From positions 32,922,001-32,986,000 of the forward strand of contig NC_081377.1 of the NCBI RefSeq assembly GCF_030684315.1: DNA of 64,000 nt, written 5' to 3'. A program made the translations under genes and the position numbers. The DNA comes from Stegostoma tigrinum. Taxonomy: Eukaryota. Numbering within the stretch: position 1 is the stretch's first letter; every line of letters begins with the position of its first letter. Positions 50,239-63,123 of the stretch are shown piece by piece. The notes under the pieces are model-generated. The model worked only from the letters and a program-made list of their open reading frames with translations. It had not been told where the DNA came from and searched no databases.

Positions 50239-51602
50239 TTTGAAGACCAGTCTTACTGATTTCTTTGATATAACAAAGTAGACATGGGTAATGTGATGGA
50301 TGTAATATATTTGGATTTCCAAAAGAACTCTGACAACCTACAGCACAAGAAACTCGTGACTAAGATCAAAATATGTGGAGTAAGGGGTCAGTAACAGAAT
50401 GTAAGGGAGGCTGGGTACAAAACAGAAATCAGAGATATGGGTTAAAAGTAGTTAATCACACTGACAAAACAGAGCAAGTGATATTTTACAGGGATTGATA
50501 GTGAGGTCACTCTTATTCACTACTCACATAAATGATTTCAGAATTGAAATTCAATTTGAAATTTCACAAATGACAGCACGTTGGGGTGCTATTAATATAA
50601 AGGACTGTGACAAATTAAGTGAAGACATTAATAAACTAGGAATATGATATTATCAGCAAATAAGCTTCAGTATTTTTAATCCTGAGGATGTCACATTTCA
50701 CCAGGAATAAGGAAATCACATGCTTCTTGCTAAACAATTATCTAAGCTGGGGACAAAAACAACAGAATCTGGAATTCAGATGCACAAATCATTAAAAGTA
50801 GTGGCAAATTATAACAAAGCCATAAAATGGGATGCAATACACTGGTTCATTTCCACTGGGACATATACAGAACCTTAGGTCACACATATGGCACACGATG
50901 CACAATTCTGGCCCCCACAGGGGCTCTTTTCTCTGGAAATGAGAAGACTAAAGGGCCATGTGATAAAGGTCTTTAAGATAACATACGGGCTTTATAGATT
51001 AAATGTTAAGAAAATGTTTCCACATGTGAACAAAACTAGCGTTATACGTTTTATAACGTATAGGGGATTCCATGATTCTTTGAAGACCAGTCTTACTGAT
51101 TTCTTTGATATAACAAAGTAGACATGGGTAATGTGATGGATGTAATTTCTGACAATTTATTAGTGATAACAAGAAACCTCTTTACTCAGTGTGCAGTTAG
51201 AATGTAGAACTGACTACCAAGAAGAGAAGTCAAAGGAGAACAAAATTGATACACTGACTAAACTTGACAGAGGAAAGAATAAAGAAATATGGTGATAATT
51301 AGAGGTGAAGTAGACTGGAAAGCTATTGTGGAAAATAAACACTGGCTTGAGCCAATTATTAAGTGGTTTGACAGGCGAGGGATGATGTTGGACTGACATA
51401 CCTATTTTAGTACCAAACAGGGATTGACATTGATAAGAGGCAGAGGAAGAGATTAAGTGTTGCTTGGAGGAGTTGTAAGGACAGAACAAAGGGCAAGGTC
51501 TATGATAGAATGGGAAACACAGCAGTGATTAAATGGCAAAGGTATTATGTTGCAATAGAGCAAAATGGGACAGTCATGGAACAAATGTGAAGAAAAACAG
51601 AG

Positions 51603-51710
51603 GTAATGAGAACTGCAGATGCTGGAGAATCCAAGATAACGGTGTGGGGCTGGATGTGCTCCTGAGATGCTGCTTGGCCTGCTGTGTTCATCCAGCCCCA
51701 CACTTTGTTC
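51603..51710. mobile_element. Miniature fold-back Penelope insertion with 15-bp TSD
   Basis: TSD TGAAGAAAAACAGAG at 51588-51602 and 51711-51725; inverted GTGTGGGGCTGGATG / CATCCAGCCCCACAC. Confidence 0.8.
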
Positions 51711-52039
51711 TGAAGAAAAACAGAGTTCGATCCTGGTGAGCTGTAAATGCCAAAGTAAAAACATTAACAACAACAGTTGCAATGAAGATGGAAGCAAGGC
51801 TATTCTCTGAAGCTGTGAAACTCAAGCTGGAGACCGTAAGGTTGCAAACTGACTAATCAACAGATCATGAGTTTGTACTGAATTCTATTAAATCAGTACT
51901 GAAGGGTGAAGTCAGAGTGGGTCATGATTGCTTTGCAGTGGAGAAATGATTGCAATTGGTACTATGATTGTGGAACAAATTGGAGTGTACAGTAAAGCAT
52001 TATTCCAATTTGCAGTTGTCTTCTCAAGTACAGGAGACT

Positions 52040-53985
52040 GTGTCATGAAGGCCACCCCAGTGTGGAGGACACTACAGTATGAATGCACCTCCCCTGAAAA
52101 CCATGGATGAGCAGAGAGATTCACTCCCAACTGAAGTCCAAGTTGGAGGCATACAAGTTGGGCAATGCCGACCTGTACAGAAAATCCAGGATGACCTTCA
52201 CAACATCGTCAGAGATGCCAAGAGGCGATACCAAACCAAACTTGAGACCCAGACCAACCACTCGGACACCCATTATTTGTGGCAAGGTTTACAATGGTAT
52301 AACAGGCTACAAAGCGAAGTCAAAGAGAATCACGGGCAACAGTACAACCCTATCTGGTGAATGCAATGCATTCTGCACTCACTTTGAACAGAAGATCAGT
52401 GAAACAATATCATCTATCCCAAAGCCTGGGATACACTTGTGCCCACAGTCACCACTGCATATGTTAGATCTGCCTTCTTGAGAGTGAAGTTGCGGAAAGT
52501 GACTGGCTCAGATAGAGTCCCCAACCAGACACTCAGATCCTGTGTGGACCAGCTGGCAGGAGTAAGAATTACACAGACCATCGACCTGGCATCCCAATCT
52601 GACCTAGTCAGCATTTGGCCAATGTCCCTCTAAACATTTCCTAATCATTTACCCACCTAGATGTCTTTTGAATGTTATTATTGTTTAACCTCTTCTTACT
52701 ATGATCTGAAGTCCCACCTGCTTTGAGAAGACAACCATCATCCTGGTGCCATAGAAAAATCATGCAGCGTGTCTCACAGACTAATGCCCAGTGGCGCTGA
52801 CCTCCATCATTACGTGGTGCTTTTAGAGGTTAGTCACAGCTCACATCAACTCCAACCTACCAAACTGCCTTGATCCTTTGCAATCCACCTACTAGAGCAA
52901 CAGGTCCACAGCAGACACCATCTCCCCGGCCCTACACTCATTCCCAGGAACGTCAGGCTCCTACTTATTAATAACACCACAATTCCAAATAAACTCATCT
53001 CTAAACTCCAAGACATAGGTCCCTGCCTGACTGGATCCTCAACGTCCTGTCCCGTAGACTACAATCAGTAAGAATAGGAGACAACACCTCCTCCACCATA
53101 ATCCTCAACACAGCCGCATCAAAAGGCTATATCCTCAGCCCCCATATTCCTTTTACAAAAGTGTGTGGCCAAATTCTGTCCCAACTCCCTCTACTGGTTT
53201 GCCGACGACACCACCATTGAAGTTGAATCTCAAACAATGATGAGACAGAGTTACAGGAAAGAGATGGAGTGCTTAGCAGCAAGGTGTAAAGACAATAATC
53301 ACTCCATCAACGGCAACATAACAAAGGAGCTGGTCATTGACTTCAGGAAGCGGAGTGGAAGCTATGCCTCTGTCTGTCTCAGTCATCAAGGTCCAGAGAG
53401 TGATGATCACTAACAATCTGTCCTCGTCCATCCACGTTGACGCAACAGTGTAGAAAGCACAATGCCTCTACTTCTCAGGGGGCTAAAGAAATTTGACATG
53501 TCCATTAAAAAAAACTTACAATTTTTTATAAAAGTACCATAGGAAGCATCTCATCTAGATGCATCGCAACGTGGTATGGCAACTGACCTTCCCACGCCCT
53601 TAACAAACTACAGAGAGTCGTGAACACAGCCAAATCCATCATGAAAAACAGCCTTCCATCTATCTATATTTCCTGTTGCCTCGGGAAAGCACCAATGCAT
53701 CAAAGACCCCTCCCACCCCAGTAATACTCTTTTCCACCCTCTTCCATTGGATATAGAAGTTTGAATATAAGTATGAGTAGATTCAAGAACAGCTTCTTCC
53801 CTGCTGTTTTCAGGCTTTCGAACAAACCTCGCAAATATTAATGTTGATCTTGCTCTGCACCTTCTCTCCAGCTGTACCACTGTATTCTTCACTCTGTTCT
53901 GCTATCCTGATGCAGGTATGGTATGATCTGCCTACATAGCATGCCAAACAACACTTTTCACTGTATCTCAGCACATGTGACAAGT
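52040..53985 (+). mobile_element. Degenerate Rex1/Babar-type non-LTR retrotransposon
   Basis: KPWM, LWQGLQ, PVALTSII..CF.RLV, CLDPLQS, FADDTT, TKELVIDFRK motifs with frameshifts; nested CR1 stub at ~52570-52700. Confidence 0.75.
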
Positions 53986-54619
53986 CAGATAGGAATGTCT
54001 GGTTAGCATGGACGATTTGGACCAAAGGGTCTGTTTCCTTGCTGTGTGACTCGATGAGTCAATGATAAGGCCATGGAAGAATTTGTTAACATGGTTGGTC
54101 ATTTTAAAATCCAAAATACATCAGTGAGAACAGGGGTCATGGGTGAATGGGACTTGTGCAAGTTAACACACAACAGTATTTCTCCATTCACACTCAAACT
54201 GTGATAAACGTCTAGTGCAGACATTAATGATGTTGCAAACTGAAACCAAATAACTGCATCTACATTTAAAATCAATCTTAAGATCACAACACCTAACACA
54301 TACTAGCAGAATAGGCCAATCAGCGCAGTGAGTCTGCTCTGCCATTCAAAGAGATCATAGCCGATCTGACAAACTCTATTTTCCTGCCTTTTCTCCATAA
54401 CCCTGAAACCCCTTACTGATTGATAATCTCTCTCTCTCAGTCTTGGATATATTTAATGACCCAATCTCAACTGCTGTTAGTAGTAAAGCATTCTACAGAT
54501 TCACAACCCTTGAAGAAGAAATTCTGCCTCATCTCTTTCTTAAATGGGTAATCCCTTATTCTGACGTTATGTCCTCTCATCCTGGACTCTCCATCAAAGC
54601 AGGGACAACCTTTCCTTTC

Positions 54620-55530
54620 CACATCAGGGTAGGGTGGACAGTCAAGGTCTTTTCTCTAGGGTAGGGGAGTCTAAAACTAGAAAGTACAGGTTAAGGAGAG
54701 GGGAAAGATTTCTAAGGGGAAATGTTTTCTTGCAGAGAATGGTGCATGTATGGAATGAGCTGCCACAGGAGGTGGTGGAGACTGGTACAATTACAACATT
54801 TAAAAGGGATCTGAACCAAAATTGGAGGTGTAGTGGACACTGAAGAAGTACAATGGGATCTTGATCCAATGGACCAATGGGTTGAGGAGTGGCAGATGGA
54901 GTTTAATTTAAATAAATGCGACATGTTGCATTTTGGAAAGGCAAGTCAGGGCAGACCTATACACTTAATGGTAAGGTCCTGGAGAGTGGTGTTGAACAAA
55001 GAGACTTTGGAGTGCAAGTTCACTGTTCCTTGAAAGTGGAGTCGTATCTAGATAGGATAGTGAAAGCGGCTTTTGGTATGTTTGCCTTTAATGATAAGAG
55101 CATAGAGTATAGGAGTTGGGAGGTCACGTTGTGACTGTACAGAACATTGATTGGCCAATTCTGGAATACTTTTTGCAATTCTGGTTTCCCTGGTATAGGA
55201 AGGATGTTGTGAAACTTAAAAGGATTCAGAAAACTTTTACAGCAATGTTGCCAGAGTTTGAGGGTTTGTGTTTGAAGGAGAGGCTGAAGAGGCTGGGGCT
55301 ATTTTCCCTGGAGCATCAGATGCTGAGGGGTGATCTTATAGAGGTTTATAAAATCATGAGGGGGTATGGTTAGGGTAAATAGACAAGATCATGTCCCTGG
55401 GGTGAGTGAGTCCAAAACTAGAGGGCACAGTTTAAGGTGAGAGGAGAAAGATTTAAAAGGGACTTAAAAGGGGCAACTTTTTCATGTAGAGGGTGGTGCG
55501 TGTATGGAATGAGTTGCCACAGGAAGTGCT
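54620..55530 (+). mobile_element. Degenerate CR1 fragments
   Basis: WQMEFNLNKCDMLHFG, LEYFLQFWFPWYRKDV, LRGDLIEVYKIMRG. Confidence 0.85.
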
Positions 55531-55738
55531 GGAAATCTGAAACGAAAACAGAAATTGCTGGGGAAACTCAGCAGGTCTGGCAGCATCTGCAGACAGAAAG
55601 CAGAATTAACTTTTTGAGTCCAGTGACCTTTCTTCAGAACTGTGTCTGGAGAAGCGTCACTGGATTTGAAACATTACTCTGTTTTCTTTCCACAGATGTT
55701 GCCAAACCTGCTGAGTTTCTCCGGCAATTTCTGTTTTT
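55530..55738. mobile_element. Fold-back (palindromic) Penelope-pLTR-derived element, second family; similar element at 31303-31460
   Basis: AAAACAGAAATTGCTGGGGAAACTCAGCAGGTCTGGCAGCATCTG versus CAGATGTTGCCAAACCTGCTGAGTTTCTCCGGCAATTTCTGTTTT, with decayed CTGxAGA..GAAAC cores on both strands near the centre. Confidence 0.7.
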
Positions 55739-57077
55739 GCTCATTGCCTACCTTGAGTTATACTGTCTTCCCACAGCCATACTAATTTGTGGAGTAGCCT
55801 AACTGCTTCAAATCCCCAGCATCCCAGGTGCTTGCTCACTGAACAGTAAAATACTCAGATAGCCCATTTTGCATTTGTCCTTTCACTGATGTTTGAAGAC
55901 GGCAGCTAAATTATAAGGCAGTTGAGAAATCATACAAGATTTGTAAACTGAAGTTGAAAATGCACAAACGTGCTAAAATTACTGGCCAGGGCTTTACACG
56001 GATTATTTCACAACTCTAGACACCCATACTTCAGCAAAATGAAAAACTGGTGCAGGAGGTGGGCATTCATCTGGCTGATGGTCTATTTAAAATGCCAAAT
56101 TTCACGTCTCTCTCTCTCTCTCGCTCTCTCCATACCGCCTAACATCTTTGCTCTCTAGGAATCTCTCGGAATATATTTCTTGCTTAAATATATTCACTAG
56201 CCATGTAAATATATTGGTTACAAGAGCAGGTCAGAGGCTAGGAATACTGTAATAATTAACTCACCTTCTGACTCCCCAAAGCTTGTCTGCCAACTACCAG
56301 GCATAAGGCAACAGCATGATGGAATACTCCCCACTTGCCTGGATGGGTGCAACTTCAACGTCATTCGAGAGGCTTGACACCATCTAGGACAAAACAGTCC
56401 ATTTGAATGGCATCACATTCACAAATATCACTTCCTCAACCACCACCACTCAGTAACAGCAGTGAGTACCATTTACACGACACTCTGCAGAAATTGTGCA
56501 GATGTTGTTTTGACAGCACCTTTCAAGCCCACAATCACTTCCATCTAGAAGGACAAGGGCAGCAGATACATAGGAACACCACCTGCATGTTCCCCTCCAA
56601 GACATTCACCATCATGACTTAGAAAGATATCGCTGTTCCCTTAGTATGACTGGGTCAAAATCCTGGAACACCCTCCCTAACAGCATTGTGGATCTACTGA
56701 TAGCATGTTCAAGAAGGCAGTTTACCACCACCTTCTCAAGGGCAACTGGGGATGGGTAATAAACAAGGTCAGCGATGCTCACATCCCATGAAATTTTTTT
56801 TTTTTAAATCAATGACTTTGCCTCCAACAGCCTTTGACAGCAAAGATTTCCACAGGTTGACCACTCTCTGAGCAAAGGGATGTCTCCTCATCTCGATCTG
56901 AAATGGCCCATGTGCATCACAAGACTATGACACCTCGTTCTGGAAGCCCCCAGTCAAGTAGAAAAGAGATTCACCAGGATGATATCAATGTTGAGGGACT
57001 TTATGTGTAGTGATTGAACAAAATGGTATTCTTCCCTTTAAAGCAAAGAACGACAAGGGGAAATCATCATCATGATC

Positions 57078-57393
57078 AAATTCCTACAGTGTGGAAACAG
57101 GCACTTCGGCCCAACTAGTCTCCATTGACCCTTGGAGCATCCCACCCAGACCCATCCCCCTATAACCCACCTGATCTACATAGCCTTGAATACTACGGGC
57201 AATTTAGCATGGCCAATTCACCTAGCCTGCACATCTCTGGACTGTGGGAGGAAATCAGAGCACCCGGAGGAAACCCACGCAGAAACAGGGAGAATGTGCA
57301 AACTACACACAGACAGTCACCCAAGGGTGGAATCTAACCTGGGTCCCTAGTGCTGTGAGGCAGCAGTGTTAACCACTGAACCACCGTGCTGCC
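57078..57393 (-). mobile_element. HE1-type V-SINE
   Basis: Same family as 18181-18492. Confidence 0.85.
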
Positions 57394-60300
57394 TATAGAT
57401 CTACAGAAGAATTCAAAATGTGGAGTGGTTTTGGTAGAGAAAGAGGGGTGAATAATTTCCTTTGGTAAGTCAGTGACCAGAATTGTCAGATTAAGAATAA
57501 TTGGCATACTGCTAGACAGGAAACATGAAACTAAGAAAACAGAAGCGATAGCAGGTCATTCAGCCCTTCAAGCCTGCTCCGCCATTCAAGATTATCAAGG
57601 CTAATCATTTAATTCATTGCCATCTTCCCATTTGTCCCCGATACCCTTTGATCCCTTTAGCCCCAAGAGCTATATGTAACTATGAGGAGAAGAAATTAAG
57701 AAAAATGTTTTCACACAGAGGTTCGATGTTATCTGGACTTAAGGGTAGTAGAAGCAACTTCCACAGGAGATTGCAATAGGCAATTGTATGTAAAGTTAAA
57801 GATGACTAACTTGTAGGGTAATGGGGTAAACAAAAGAGAGGCATGGATCCGAAATGGACAGATCATTCAAAGAGCTGGCACAGACATTATTGTGGACTGA
57901 ACGATTTCCTCTTGTACCGTATAATTGTATGATTCTAACCTGTGGGCATTTGTTACTAAACCGGTTTCTGATGACTAATATACATACAGACTGTTCAAAA
58001 TTCTAATCCATGCCCCGGGCAATCAAGGCTGTTACTCACTGTTGTTTTAATAACACAAAGATTCGAAAACACAAAGGAAAACTACAGCAAATCAGCTTCC
58101 CACTCAACAGCTATTTACATTTCAATAGCACTGTTAATGTGTTAAAAAAAACTGCATGAACCCTACAGACAAAATGTGGACACCAAATCAAAGAAAGATT
58201 TTGGGAATGGCAAATGTATAGGTTTTAAGGAGGGGATGAAAAGTTAAAAGGCAGAGACAATAGTGGAGCATGGGGCAATGGGAGAAGTGCAGATCTGAGG
58301 GGTTGGAGGAAGTTATAGAGACAGGGACCAATGAGGCCAGGGAGGGATTTGAAGGCAATGATGAGAATTTTAATCAAGACTTTGCTCAAACAATAGGCAC
58401 TGTAGGTCAGTAAGCACAGGAATACTGAGAGAATAAGACTTTTGTGAGTTAGGATATGAAAGTTGCCAGATGGTAAAAGAAGATTTTGCTGAGGGGTAAC
58501 AGGCAGATGACTGGCCAAGTATAGATCCTTGAGGTCCCTTCAGTCATAATTGACAGTTTGATCAGACTTGTAAAAATGAATCCATTGGACTGGACAATGG
58601 AAAGGGAAATAAGGAGGGACACAATCACATAGGATGTCATCTGCGACTCTGTTTGAGGCCAGGAGCTCGTTGACAGGGGAAATGGCTTGAATGTCCCAAG
58701 GCATTTAGATCTACAGCCAGGGGGAAAAAGAATTGAACTTAAGGAGCTGTCATTCGAATTGGAGGCAGTTTAGATCAGAGAAGATTCACTAAGTTGCTTC
58801 CTGGAATGAAGGGGTTTCTTATGATGCAAGGTTGTGCAGGTTAAGCCTGTAGTTATTGGAATTTAGAAGACTGAGAGGTGATCCTGTTGAAAGACAAAAG
58901 AATCTGAGAGGACATAACAGGATAGATGCTGAGATGGTATTTCCCCTTGTGGGGGAACCTAGAACCTCAGGTTGAAGTGTGGGGCTGGAGAAAGTGGTGA
59001 TTAGAAGTAAGAAATTTACAAATAGTTGTTTGGTAGTACAGATCTTGAGCATTATTAATAAAATGCATATTTTGTCCAAGCTTTTCATCTTGCACTCATC
59101 GGGATAATTTGTAAGAAATTGTCAATTTGTAAGTAAGTAAGGACAAATGCAACATTTCTATTGCATGAGAGGAGTGTGTTGATCGGTTAGCAAGTGTACT
59201 CTGATTTGAAAAGGTATTGCTGGAGATAATGCATGATTAATGCTTATTGAGAGTTAACCAGCAGCCTTTGTTTAAAACGTTGACCCTGATTGTTCAGGGT
59301 ATTACCCTAAGAAATGAATAAGGGAATCAATGGGCAGACAGAAAAATGGAGTCAAGGCTACATCAGATCAGCCGTGATCTTATTTACTGGCAGAGTAGGC
59401 TCAAGGGTCCAAATGGCCTACTCCTGAGCTTATTTATGATCTTATGAGCAAGGCAGAGATTAGAAGGTTTGAGATCAAGTGACTTTGCAATAAAATGTAT
59501 ATTAAGCTCTTGGACTTTGGGATACAGGGCTCAATTTTGAATTGACAGGGGATGCAAACATTGGAACTGCAGCAAATAGTGAGGACAATAATAAACTGAC
59601 AGGTAGGTGTAACAGATGGACATGCGTTAGATGAAATTCATGCACAGGGGATTTGTGATACATCTTAGGAGATTAAAAAAGAATAGACAATGTATGATAA
59701 ATGGCACATTTTTGAAAGAACAGGCAAACGGGCAGGGTTTTCATACAAATCTTTGAAGCTGACATACAGTGTAAGAGCCCAGGAGTTATATTAAACTTGC
59801 AAAACAGTAGTTTGCAACCCCCCAGACTCCTGTGTCCAACGTTACGTTCCATACTTTCACACAGACATGGGAGCTCTGGAGATTTACTACAGTGGCTCTG
59901 GGAAAGAGGAATTACAGTTACATGGACAGAGTAGAGAAGATAGGATTGCTCCTCGTAGAACAAACTCAGAGGAGGTTTGATGTGTGTATTTAAAAATCAT
60001 GAAAAATTTAGCTGGTGTAGATAAGAGACTATTTCCAAAGACTGAAGGAATGGAAATTCAGATTATAGATTCAAAGTGATTGGCAATAGGGTCAGAAGCA
60101 ACGAGAAAAAAGGTAGAATTTTGAAGGCATTGCCTGACAGTGTGGAAGACATATAACTACTTTCAATGGAAATTGAATAAATACTTGAAAGAGGAAAATA
60201 CATTAGGGATAAGGGGAATAGACCTACCTGGAATGCTCAAGAGCTGAAGCAATCCCAATGACAGTGAGATAGTTTACATCTACTGAAGAGGGATGTTGTA

Positions 60301-62121
60301 GTCTCAGTTCATGTTTCACCTTAAAGGCACCACTTTTAACACAATGCAATGCTACATCCATACTACACTGTTGTGTCAACCTTGATTACGCACTCTAATC
60401 TATGGATTTATACGTGAATCCAGAACCTACTGACTCGAAGACTACCCACCGAGTCTCAGCCTGCGTCAGTTACCCCATTTCTGTACTTTCTGTTTACTGG
60501 CAATGGATATGGGCTGAGTGAAATGAGGAGCTGGGGACTATCAAACACTTCTGGTGTAATTTCTGATCCTGTGTTTCAAAAGACAAACTATTCTGCACCC
60601 TTCCATCTCCCAGTGCATCAGATATACTCATCAGGTTAAGGGTTATATTTACCATTCCATCCTACCCCAAGAGGCCATTATTAATCTTTCAAAAATTCAT
60701 CCTTGTTTCAGTTAGTCACAGTCAACATCAAGACCCCATCTCCATCAGGGGAACAAATGATATTGCTCTGCCATGCAAGTGCCCATCATTTACTGATCAG
60801 TAGAATAGAGATGTCGACTAGGTTTTCTTATGAGGATCCATGAAAGGTCATCAACCTGAACATTAGCTGTATTTCTCTCTCACCTACTACACTGCCTGAC
60901 CTGCTGAGTGTTTCTAGCATTGTCTACTGTTATTTCAGACTTTATCATTCATGGTACTTGTCTCCTATTAAAATATTTACAGATATTCATAATCCAATTA
61001 AAGAGACAGAAAAACTTACATTAGATAGCTTATACAGCATTTTTCACAATCTCAGTATATCCAAAAGGTCTTAACAGCCAATGACCAAGTTACAACGTGT
61101 AGTTCCCAGTCTCTTCCAAAATAGAGCAGCACCAACAGCATGGATCAATACTATATATATTTCAAAGCTTTAGTAGTCTCACCCTCTTGTGTAAGGTGAT
61201 GTGATTCAATTTAAACATGCAGGACACTTCAGGAGCTGAGTATTTTTGTCCATCTCTTAGAATGATTCTCTCATCAAATTCCACAATATTTCAGCTGGTT
61301 CAACACTTGTAACAATAATAGCAGTAAGTTATATTTATGTAACGCCGTCAACAAACAGGTGCCTTTAGAAAATTATTTCAAATATCAGATCAAATTGACA
61401 GGCTAGTTTCAGAAACCAGACATGGAAATCAAAGCAGAGTGCGGTAAAAGAACAGATGGGGTTAAGATAACAGGTATTCAAATTTCAACATTTCAAATGG
61501 ATAGACAGGCAGATGGAAACATTATGAGATGTCATAGTCACTCAGGTACTGGTCCCTGGGGCTCCGAAGTCTAGACCCTGTCACAGATATCCAGTTCTGC
61601 CACAGATCCCAGCCATAGGCTACTGTCATTACCAAACTGGGAAAGGCACAAAAAATGAATTCATTTGGATGATAATCTTGTCTGAAAAGTTACACAACAA
61701 AGAAAGATTGTACAGCCTGTGCTTTTTTTAATATAGAAAAGAGAAACTTGAGAGTTAACCTGATAGAAGTCTTCAGGATTTTGAAAAGGTTTAATCAGGT
61801 AGATGCAAAGAAGTTGTGTCCAATTGTGGGTATGACCAGCATTAGAGGTCACGAATATACCAAAAGCAAAATACTGCAGATGCTGGACATCTGAAATTAA
61901 AACAAAACAAAAAGATCAAAGTAATCTGCAGATCAAGCAACATCTGCGGAGAAATACAGAGATTCAGGTCATGATGATCGTTCATGATAAAAAGAGTCTG
62001 ATGACATGAAATGTTACCTCTGTTTTTCAATCTCCACACAATTTCTTGAATTTTGTGTTTTATTTGGGGAAATTCACAAAAAAAGCTTGTTTATTCAGAG
62101 TGGTTTGAAAGCGGGCCTTAG

Positions 62122-62625
62122 TTATAGAGTCATCCAGCACAGAAACAGACCCTTTGGTCCAACTCGTACACGTCGAACAGATATCCTAGATAAATCTAGT
62201 CCCATTTGCCAGCATTTGGCCAAATCCCTCTGAACCCTTGCTATTCATATACCCATCCTGGTTCCTTTCAAATGTTGTAATTGTACCAGCCTCCACCACC
62301 TCTTCTGGCAGCTCATTCTCCCACACACACCAACCTCTGCATAAAAAAAGTTGTCCTTTAGGTCCCTTTTACATCTTTCCCTTCTCACCTTAAATCTATG
62401 ATCACCCCTGGGAAAAAGACCTTGCCTATTTACCCAATCTATGCCCCTTGTGAATTTATAAATCTCAATAAGATCAGCCTCAGCCTCCGACACTCCAGGG
62501 AAAACAGCCCCAGCCCAATAGCTCAAACCCTCCAACCCTCGCAACTTCCTCATTAATCTTTTCTGGACCCTTTCTAGTTTCACAACATCATTCCTGTTGC
62601 AGGAGGGCCAGAATTGCACGCAAAC
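62122..62625 (-). mobile_element. Degenerate CR1 3' portion (further CR1 pieces at ~58780-58965, 59560-60240, 63360-63980)
   Basis: CVQFWPSCNRNDVVKLERVQKRL..DLIEIYK. Confidence 0.8.
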
Positions 62626-62899
62626 TGGAAGTAGTTGAGGCAAATGACTTAGATACAATCAAGTGGAACGAGGTAAACAGGAGCCAGAATCGAGTTAGAT
62701 GAAGAAGTCTTGTTTGAAGTGTAATGTTCAGTATAAATCTATGGATTGAATGACCTATTTATATGCTGTACAAAGGAGACACTACCTGGCCTTAGAATTC
62801 TGACTGAAAGTGCATATAGCCACATTGAGTCAAAAGACAGAAGACTGGATTCAGAGTTTTTGTCTGCCTCCAGTTGTAAACATCATCAATAAATTCCCA

Positions 62900-63123
62900 G
62901 AGATAGACTCCAGCGACAGCAGTTCGTGCTAAGATAACACAGCGTGGAGCTGGAGCAACATAGCAGGCCAGGCAGCTTCAGAAGAACAGGAAAGCTAATG
63001 TTTCAGGTCAGAACCCTTCAGAAGAAGGGTCTTTTTGAAGAAAGGTCGCGACCTGAAACATCAGCTTTCCTGCTGCTCTGATGCTGCCTGGCCTGCTGTG
63101 TTCCTCCAGCTCCACACTGTATT
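62900..63123. mobile_element. Fold-back Penelope mini-insertion with 15-bp TSD and opposed hammerhead remnants
   Basis: TSD ATCAATAAATTCCCA at 62885-62899 and 63124-63138; inverted arms around ~63025; TTGAAGA-A-AGGTC(GC)GACCT-GAAAC at ~63035-63059. Confidence 0.8.
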
